Positions 55,288-64,000 of a stretch of DNA of 64,000 nt are shown piece after piece. A program made the position numbers and the translations under genes. Position 1 is the stretch's first letter. Each line of letters opens with the position of its first letter. Source of the stretch: Octopus vulgaris (taxonomy: Eukaryota); the NCBI GenBank assembly GCA_951406725.2, contig OX597814.1, positions 9,858,001 through 9,922,000 of the forward strand, read 5' to 3'. Below the pieces are notes generated by a model, which was not told where the DNA came from, searched no databases, and was given only the letters and a program-made list of their open reading frames with translations.

Positions 55288-56968
55288 ATAATATAAACGA
55301 TATGCGTGTATATATATACGCACACGCACGCATACATACACATACACATGTGGGAGTGTTTATGCGTGTGAATGTGTGAATGCGGTTGGGTTTGCGCATG
55401 CGCATAGAAGACTTAGCTGACACGTGTTTACGGAGAACTGATTGTGTTTTATGTTGACCACCAAACCACTATAACCACAACAATCTAGTTAGTTAGCCAT
55501 ATAATAGATAGATAAATAATGGAGGACTTGAAAAAGACGGAAAGGAGAAAATGGAACGTATATGTTATGTACCGGTGTATGTATATGTGTGTGCGTATGT
55601 GTATGAGACACCGAGAGAGAGAGAGAGAGAGTGGGGAGAAGAAAGACGAAAGAAAGTGTACGTAGAAGTTTTAGGGATATTTATGCTGACGGCGCTTGCC
55701 AACAGCGCGTGCCTCAACTTCAGGAAAACGACAAGTCAAAGAGAATAGTTACAAGGATAACAACAGTCTCCACAAAAGCAACGGCAACATTTTCAATGAT
55801 ATCACCACCACCACATCCACCACCACCACCACTACCAACAACAACAACAACAACAACACCGTCACGATCACCGTCACCAATATCAGCAGCATTTAACAGA
55901 ATGACAGTGAAGTGAACAACAGAAAGCGACCTCATTCTGTCTACAAATATTTTAAGAGAAGACAATTGCTAAAAGAAAGTTTGAAATTTCGATTTGATTT
56001 ATCGAGTTGACATCATTGGCGTTCTTTACTCAAACATGTTGTTGTTGCTGTTCTTGCTGCCGCTGCTGTTGCTGTTGATGATGATGATGATGATGATAAT
56101 GATGTTATTGTTTAGTTCTAAGTTGGTGCTGATTAAACAAACTCATGTTCAAAGGTATTTCTAAGCATCCTCATCCATCTCTTTCTTTTACTTGGAAGAC
56201 TACATTATCTAGTATGTTCTTCCGTTGTTATGATGCTAAGGTATGGTGTGAAATAAATTTGGCTGCTATTTCTGAAGGTCAAGCAACTGCTAAAGAACAG
56301 AGGTGTCAGATATATTTGGATTTGTGTGCAGGATTGAAACGAGCATGTTTAAAACATAAACTAGATCTTGCTGGCCGGATAGAAACAAATATTCTTAACA
56401 AGAAAATTGCAGCAAAGCTGTGTGATAGTGGTATCAGGCGTGGCATGAAGACTACCATATAACTTGTTTGACATTGCGTTTTTATTCTTCTCTTCTGTGT
56501 TATGCATTCAAAGTGCACATGCGCATTGCGTGTCTATACTTCTCTTTCTAGTTCATATTCAAAACTGTTTATATATCACAACCATCTCATGAACGTGCGA
56601 TCGTAAGTAAAAAAAAAAAACAAAAGGAGAAAAGAGAAAAATTGGAACTGAAATCAACAGTGAATATTGAATATGTGTTGTGTGCGATCGTGTCCTGTTG
56701 TCAAGAGCAAGATACGTGAATCATGTGCAGTTACATGAAAATCGAAATGCTCATGCCGGCAATAACCCTGAATCTCGACCACCTCTTGTGTCATATGTCA
56801 CAAAACTTGTATGACAATATCTGGACTTAAAAGACATACGCTTGTTCATAAAAACATTTCTTCAGAATCAGATTCCAAAGAGCAAAGATGTAGAAGAAAT
56901 TTGAATAATATCTGTCACTAATGTTTTAAACTCTGTCAGTCAGTAGCTGGCCTTCAAAGTTATCTGAG

Positions 56969-57019
<51 letters not shown>

Positions 57020-57021
<2 letters not shown>

Positions 57022-57230
57022 CTCTTCTGTTCGGCATTCGCCATGGTAGATCGCTAGCCACTAAACATACCTAATTTTCTCTCCTTGTTTCTTTCTGTGT
57101 TCCTTTCTGTGGAAGAGCGTAGGCTCGAAACGTTAAAGATTTTTTAACTTCCTGAGCGTTATACTAATACATCTGTTTTTTTTTTTGTCTACACCACCAG
57201 ACTTCGTTTCTTTTTTTTGTGAATTCTCCC
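57020..57230 (+). mobile_element. Family P3 second copy between (TA)n tracts
   Basis: Motif at 57103-57138: cttt-CTGTGGA-a-gagc(gtag)gctc-GAAA-cg-TT-aaag. Confidence 0.75.
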
Positions 57231-58180
57231 TATATATAATTATACAGATGAACAAATTTGATATATCATATATAATAGTTGGGGTATGAAATACAAAATC
57301 ATCTGATGACGGAGGCTAGTCTTATCCAATATTAATCTCATCCATTACGGCCTCATATTGTGATGAACTACATCTACTATCATTATCATGGATCTCCGAT
57401 CTCCCAGACACAATTGTTGGACATAAAACCTTTTTTCCACCCCTTTAATTTTCGCTGTCGAAATAGAGATAAGAATGTGCATTGTCCGTTTGATTGGAAA
57501 TGTTCTATAAGTGGCTGAAGATTGCTCAACATTTTAAAACTAATGTAATACTTACAGTGTTTAATAAAATGAAGTAGCATGAAACAATTGTACCACTCTA
57601 CCTCGGATATACTTGTTGCTTATTTTGATTATAATCACCCCATTGATTTATATGGATAATATCATACGAAATTCTGGTGCCTTTGACTTAAGTACCATAT
57701 TCATCTGAACCTAAATTTTGCTGAACTTAGAGAGATACACATACATAATGGTCAAGAACAGAGTTTACACATCTTTAAAATTAATTCAATGGAAATAATT
57801 TTCTTTTATATTACATTCTGACATGTGTTTCTGCTGAATAAGTGTCTTAAGATCCTTTGACCTACGAGTTTTGTGCGTTAATCAATTTATATTGTACACG
57901 TTGACAAAGCAGCATTATAAGATGATTTTTCAATAAATTTTAGAAGTATGTAACTCTCCATTCTTCTTTATTATGTTTTGATAATATACTCTGTTGTTCT
58001 GCATGAAATCCTCTGGAGTGAGTTAAAGATTTGCTACTCGAAGGGAGTACAACTTTATTGTTTATTTGAAACGACTCTAAACGTTTTCTATCATTCGATA
58101 TAGTCAGCCAAATCTAGAATTTATCAGAGTGCTACTAAGGTATCTTCTCGGATTTAAAGTCCTTATTCCTTTGCTACACA

Positions 58181-58228
<48 letters not shown>

Positions 58229-58292
58229 TAGTAATGACTTTGGAAGTCCCTCCTAGCGTGTGGCATTTATGTGTAATAATGCCCTCTATATA

Positions 58293-58326
<34 letters not shown>

Positions 58327-58352
58327 AAATGTACATCTATATGTATGTCTGT

Positions 58353-58416
<64 letters not shown>

Positions 58417-58418
<2 letters not shown>

Positions 58419-58655
58419 TCTTTTATTCGTTTATGTGTTTCAGTCATTTGACTGCAGTCATGCTGGAGAATCGCCTTTAGTCGTGCAAATCGACCCAAAG
58501 CCTTATTCTTTGTAAGCCTAATACTTATTCTATCGGTAATTTTTGCCGAATCCCCAAAATTTTTGCCGAAATTTTTGCCGAATCCCCAAGTAAACAGACC
58601 AACATCGGTTGTCAAACGATGGTGGGAGACACACGCAGACACACAAGCATATACA

Positions 58656-58730
<75 letters not shown>

Positions 58731-58884
58731 ACGACGGACTTCTATCAGTTTCCGTCTACCAAATCCACTCACGAAGCTTTAGTTGACCAGAGGCTATAGT
58801 AGAAAACACTTGCCCAATATGTCCCGCAACTGAACCCGGAACCAAGTGGTTGGTAAGCGAGTTACTTACCACACAGCCACTCCT
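58417..58884 (-). mobile_element. SINE family A, full length
   Basis: Ends cttaccacacagccactcct; internal (TATC)n. Confidence 0.88.
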
Positions 58885-59402
58885 AGCTTGAAATAGACCT
58901 ACACATGCCTCTAAGGTAGAAAATGGTAGATAAGGGTATTCAGAAATATCCCTTTCTGCCGTTTAGACCACCGTCATTTCGATGTGGTTGTTATTGTTGC
59001 TATTGTCCTCCTCCTTCTCCTCCTTCGCCTCTTCCTCCTCCTCCTCCTCCTCCTTATTCTGCCCTTCCCCCTCCTCCTCGTTGTGGTCGTCGTTGTTGTG
59101 TCTGATATTGTTCTTTTTCTGCCTCTTCTTTTCTTCTCCATTAAGCTATTTTGCGAAACCCGTTTTTCCATGTAACGTTCTGTCGAATAATTCTTTCCTT
59201 CCCTCTTTACACCGACAACCACCCCCTCCAACCACCACCACCACCACCACCACCACCACCACCACTAATAACAACGCACACCCACACATCCACCGAACAT
59301 AACATACACAACGCACACTTCTTCTTCCTTTGGTCCGCCATTGATGTGCCATTTCCCCGGTTTTGTTGTGGTAAAGGTTTATTGTCATGAACCGTGTCTA
59401 TG

Positions 59403-59535
59403 TCAACCGTCTTTTGTGGTAGCGAGGTTAGGTGGAGGCGATAGCGACTGCTGCTGCTGCTGCTGGTAGTGGTGGTGGTGGTGGTGGTGGTGACACTGCT
59501 GCTGATGCTCGTAATTTTCAAACGGCTGCGAGCAT
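59403..59535 (-). CDS. Candidate terminal coding exon with poly-His/poly-Gln
   Basis: Minus-strand acceptor gtatttctttcAG immediately precedes CSQPFENYEHQQQCHHHHHHHHYQQQQQQSLSPPPNLATTKDG*. A second frame is also open, so the frame choice is inference. Confidence 0.45.
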
Positions 59536-59914
59536 CTGAAAGAAATACTGTGAAAGCACGCGTCCCATCGTAGTTGAACGTGTGTCAGTGCGCTAACAAG
59601 GGACTAAACGGTACCCACAATTCCACTCTCACTCACTCACTCACTCCTCTGTTGTTATTCGCTATATACACGTATAGAAAGCACTGCATATGCACACATA
59701 CGGAAAGAACATGTACACACACATATATATATATATATATACACACATGCATATACATACGCATTGGTATAGAGATATACACATTCACAGCACCTCGCCA
59801 CTACGTATTAGCACATATACTGACACACACACACATTCGCACACACACGCACGCATATAAACACACACTGTAACACAAATATTGACTATCACACATACAC
59901 ACACACACACACAC

Positions 59915-59978
59915 ACCGTAATACTAATATTCACTAAAACACATGCACACACACACCGTAATACTAATATTCTCTAAA

Positions 59979-60010
<32 letters not shown>

Positions 60011-60262
60011 GGTAACACTAATATTCACTAAAACACACGCACACATACACACACACACACACTCACACACACCGTAATACTAATATTCACTAAAACACAC
60101 ACACACACTCACACACACCGTAGTACTAATATTCACTAAAACATACACACACACACACACACGGTAAAAAAAACACACACACACACGGTAACACTAATAT
60201 TCACTAAAACACACGCACACACACACTCACGATTACGCACCTATATTTATACTAATATTCAT
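59915..60262. repeat. Minisatellite: 23-bp unit separated by variable (CA)n
   Basis: gtaa(t/c)actaatattcactaaaac six times plus degenerate copies. Confidence 0.9.
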
Positions 60263-60432
60263 ACATACACGTCACACGCACATACACACACTTTTATACG
60301 GACACACAGACACACGCACACAGAGACTAGCTAACTCATTCAGTCACTCACAAACAAACATCCACATATACGCATTCATATTCACTTCCGTCAAATTCTC
60401 TCTAAAAATCGTTCGACGCTGGTAGAAGATTT

Positions 60433-60725
60433 AAGCTGGCAGAATTACTGGTGCTTTGGGCAAAATGCTTAGCGACATTTCTTCCCGTTTTTATGTTCTG
60501 AGTTCAAATTCCGCCGACGTCGAATTTGCATTTTATTCTTTTGAGGCAGATGAAATAGAAAAAAAAAAAGTACCAGTTGAGCATTGAAGTTGATGTACAG
60601 CTACCCCGAAATTGTTGGCCTTGGGCCAAAATTTAAAACCAATATAGTAAAAGTAGAGAACAAAGAGTAAAAGAAAAGAGAGAGAGGGTAGAAAGAAAGA
60701 GAGATAGATAGATAGATAGATAGAT

Positions 60726-60768
<43 letters not shown>

Positions 60769-61032
60769 AATGGGATCGAAGTATAACTAGATAAAATCCT
60801 GCAGAAGTTATAATCTAATCATATTTTCTACTATAGGCACGTTACCAAAAATTGTGACGTAACAGCGAATCCAAATGACCCCAGTATTTGATCGATACTT
60901 TATTTTATAGATCCCTGAAGAATAAAACAGCAAAATTGTTATCGATGGAATTTGAGTACAGAAAGTAAAGTGCTGTAAATGAATAATGTAAGCACTTTGT
61001 CCGACGGCAACCATTCTGCAAAACCCCCTCGC
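60433..61032. mobile_element. Two diverged SINE family C copies, convergent (60433-60643 +, 60825-61032 -)
   Basis: gagttcaaattccgccgacgtcga on +; ggaatttgagtacag and tattttatagatccctgaag on -. Confidence 0.7.
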
Positions 61033-61230
61033 TCCGTATAAGTTTAATTTACACAAAAGCGAGAAATTTTCAGGGAAATGGCAATAGTTGATTTCATTTA
61101 TTACTTGACTAGTTGAATGAAAGTCAGAACCGACCTAAGTTGTGTTAGAATGTCAAGAGACGGAAGAAATCTTCGGAACGCATTTTGTCTCGTGCTCTAA
61201 AGGTTCTTTTCTTTTCTGTTTTTTTTTTTT

Positions 61231-61429
61231 TTTACTGGTTTCAGTCATTTGACTGCGGCCATGCTGGAGCACCGCCTGTAGTCGAGCAAACTGACCCCCC
61301 GGACTTATTCTATCGGTCTCTTTTGCCGAACTGCTAACTTACAGGGACGTAAACACACAGCACCGGTTGTCAAGCGATGTTAGGCATTATAAAATGTACA
61401 CACAAACACACACACACACACACACACAC

Positions 61430-61460
<31 letters not shown>

Positions 61461-61528
61461 TGTATGTATGTATGTATGTATGTATGTATGTATGTATGTA
61501 TGTATATCTATATCTATATCTATATCTA

Positions 61529-61587
<59 letters not shown>

Positions 61588-61632
61588 ATGTATATATATA
61601 TATATATAAGACAGGCTTCTTTCAGTTTCTGT
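61231..61632 (-). mobile_element. SINE family A, head missing
   Basis: tttcagtcatttgactgcggccatgctggagcaccgcc through gacaggcttctttcagtttc. Confidence 0.85.
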
Positions 61633-61943
61633 TAGCTCGCATGTTTATAGTTTGTAAATGTGTTCTTTTTCTCGATGACGATGATAGAGAAAAAGTAGAA
61701 CGGCAAATGGAGAGGGAGTGAACTGTGATTGGAGAAGTTTAATGTAAAATGTAAGTGAAAGAAAAAACGATACTTATAGTAAGCTGTGGTGGGAGGTTTT
61801 GCAATGGCTGGGATATTAGCCCTTACAGCTGATGATATACAGCAAGCAATAGTTGGCTGCACGAGGGAGAAGTCACCGGGTCCTTACGATCTGCTCTTCA
61901 AATTTTATCTTCATCTGTCGGACTTGTTCAGAGAACTTGGCAG

Positions 61944-62897
61944 GGATCTTGTCAATTGTGTGGCCAGTTTTTTCAAATTTTTCCTACTGAACCAAACAAT
62001 TTGAAACTTCGTATACTGGTAGAATGTGTCAAAAGTAAACTTAATTGTAAACCAGAATGAAAACGGAATTGTAACTTCTAAGTTTAACATTGTTTAATAA
62101 TTAGAATTTTAACCAATGGTATTCCGTCTTTCGGCTTCATATTATTTACTCCGTCTCGACCACCAATTTGGTGACGTAGTAAACATATGGTATGTAAACA
62201 AAACAATAACGATGAAATTTTTTACTCGGTGTATGTGTATATGTATGAATGTATGTATGTATGAATGTATGTATGTGTGTATATATATCTATGTATGTGT
62301 GTGTATGTATGTGTGTGTATGTATGTATGTATGGCCGATTCGGTGTTTAGTTTTTTCGAGTGAATACTCGGTGTATGTGTATCTGTATGTATGTGTGTGT
62401 ATGTATCTATGTATGTATGTGTGTGTATGTATGTGTGTGTGTGTATGTATCTATGTATGTATGTGTGTGTATGTATGTGTGTGTGTGTGTGTGTGTGTAT
62501 CTATGTGTGTGTGTGTGTCACACATGTATGTATGGCCGATTCAGTGTTTAGTTTTTTCGAGTGAATACTCGGTGTATGTGTATCTGTATGTATGTGTGTG
62601 TGTGTGTGTATGTATCTATGTATGTTAGCCTCAAATGTGCACAGTTGCCTACGTCACAAAACTGCTTTCTACGTCACACTAACAGAATGCAGTAACGTAT
62701 TAAATATGAAAACAAGCAATCTCATTGGTTAAAATTCGCAGTTTTAATCTACGATTAAAGTCATAAAATAGATTTTTCTCAAATAAACTAGTTCCAACCT
62801 GTGTCTTGTTTTGAAACACTGTACCAACATACGAAGTTTCAAATTATTTAGTTAAGTAGAAAGATCTGGGCTCCTGGCCACACAATTGAAAAGATCC
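61944..62897. mobile_element. Non-autonomous TIR DNA transposon, GG..CC termini, possibly Merlin-like
   Basis: TIR ggatctt(g/t)tcaattgtgtggccag, with imperfect similarity extending ~90 bp or more. 8-bp flanking repeat cttggcag at 61936-61943 and 62898-62905. Internal ~200-bp tandem duplication. Confidence 0.8.
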
Positions 62898-63113
62898 CTT
62901 GGCAGATATACACTCAAACTTGCAACTAAGCGGAAGAATTTCCAGTCCTGCGAAAAAAGTGTGGTGGGGTTGTTGAGAAAGGACTAGAACAAGGGAATGA
63001 TGTTAACTTCAGGCCTGTAGCTCTCCAAAGTGCAGATTTGAAGATATTGGCTGACGTTTCGCAAAGAGATTGTGTTTGTTGATTATCTGGTGAGTGAGAC
63101 ACAGACATGCACC

Positions 63114-63290
63114 TTCTATATTTAAGAGATGAGGAATTATGTACATTATTTACATTATTTACATTCGACGGATATTTGTCTTAACCACTACGCTATATGC
63201 TCACGGGCATATGGCGTAGTGGTTAAGAGCGCGGGCTACTAACTCCAAGATTCCGAGTTCGATTCCAAGCAGTAACCTGAACAACAGCAT

Positions 63291-63321
<31 letters not shown>

Positions 63322-63471
63322 AATAATAATAACATCGAAAAATACCTTAGGAATGAGAACCCAGGTTCGAAATTTCCCCAAGACACCTGAAGAAGGCTGG
63401 AGGGTCTATCAACTGAAGAACAAACAAAATAAGGACAAATATCCGACAAATATAAATAATTTAAATAATGG
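63114..63471. mobile_element. Family P1: tRNA-headed element with hammerhead/pLTR-like tail plus an inverted deleted copy
   Basis: 13-bp TSD acagacatgcacc at 63101-63113 and 63472-63484. A-box tggcgtagtgg 63212-63222, B-box gagttcgattcc 63255-63266, CTGAAGA 63387-63393. Confidence 0.85.
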
Positions 63472-64000
63472 ACAGACATGCACCATTCAAAACAGATCTA
63501 TCCATAACAACATCTACCTGACGCTATGCATTACAGAAAAGGTGATTAAAGAACCTGGTATGGATAGAACCTGATCAATTTAAACCAGTCGAAAGTTTTC
63601 GCTAGGGTTAACTTTCTTCATTTCGCTGGTGTCCTTATGGCAGCTGATTTCCATCCCGCCTTCAGAGGTTAGTTCGCTGCAATGTACAGTGCCCCTTTCT
63701 ACTAAGAGTTCAGAGCAAATGATCAAATCTCGGAAACCTTCAGTATTATGTGTTCGGTTCGTGAACGCTGCCTTCTCTCTCCTCTTCAGCACATGCTGAC
63801 GTTTTAACCATTACTGTAGAAATCAGAGGTTTTAAAGGACGTTCCGTGCGAACGAGGAAGTGAGAGACCATTCATAAATTATATTCGATGGGGTTCCGCA
63901 CAGTTTTCATCTCACAAATTTCACTGAAGACGTTTTTGGTCGACTCAAGACTATGGTAAAATACCGCACTATTTATGAGAAGGCGAACTTGTTAACCACA

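Larger units (their letters stand above)
61800..63700 (+). pseudogene. Degenerate L1/Tx1-clade reverse transcriptase, split by two later insertions
   Basis: Joined pieces 61800-61943, 62906-63113 and 63485-63700 read KSPGP..FY..DLF..GRI..LLRKD..NFRPVALQSADLKILA..QTC.IQNRSIHNN..LINLNQSKVFARVN, with frameshifts and stops. Confidence 0.85.

Noticed and set aside
57300-57345. CTGATGA as another hammerhead
   Set aside because: No GAAA or convincing stems I and III downstream.
59146-59388. Signal-peptide-like ORF with poly-Val
   Set aside because: The hydrophobic run is a (GTG)n repeat and the frame stops soon after with no recognisable domain.
59915-60262. CRISPR-like array
   Set aside because: Spacers are just (CA)n, the context is eukaryotic and there are no cas genes.
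63205-63280. Functional tRNA gene (also the heads of SINEs A-D)
   Set aside because: A and B boxes are present, but there is no convincing acceptor stem or oligo-T terminator, and the heads are fused to repeat bodies within TSDs.
63580-63792. Minus-strand 70-aa ORF as an upstream exon of the 59.5-kb candidate
   Set aside because: Largely antisense to the plus-strand L1/Tx1 RT remnant.

Overview
AT-rich, microsatellite-saturated animal DNA, mostly intronic or intergenic. The repeat landscape ((TA)n, (CA)n, (TATC)n, (TACA)n, dense tRNA-derived SINEs) strongly suggests an octopus or other coleoid cephalopod (inference). Almost all ORFs in the track are microsatellite artefacts. Recognisable content: at least four tRNA-headed SINE families (A-D here), four mariner derivatives, a hAT MITE, a GG-ended TIR element, two non-autonomous Helitrons, and RTE, CR1-type and L1/Tx1 LINE fragments. 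There are two candidate host exons: a minus-strand poly-His/poly-Gln terminal exon at 59403-59535 and a plus-strand acidic exon at 39398-39585. The most unusual signal is a set of about five sequence-distinct short non-coding element families carrying minimal type-I hammerhead ribozyme motifs. Several insert as head-to-head inverted copies and several sit in (TA)n, like Penelope-like element pLTRs or retrozymes. One has a tRNA/Pol III head fused to the ribozyme tail and forms a single TSD-bounded palindromic insertion (63114-63471). A 123-bp piece of a neighbouring RTE has also been copied, inverted and identical, into a SINE. All alignments and folds were done by eye; no searches were run.
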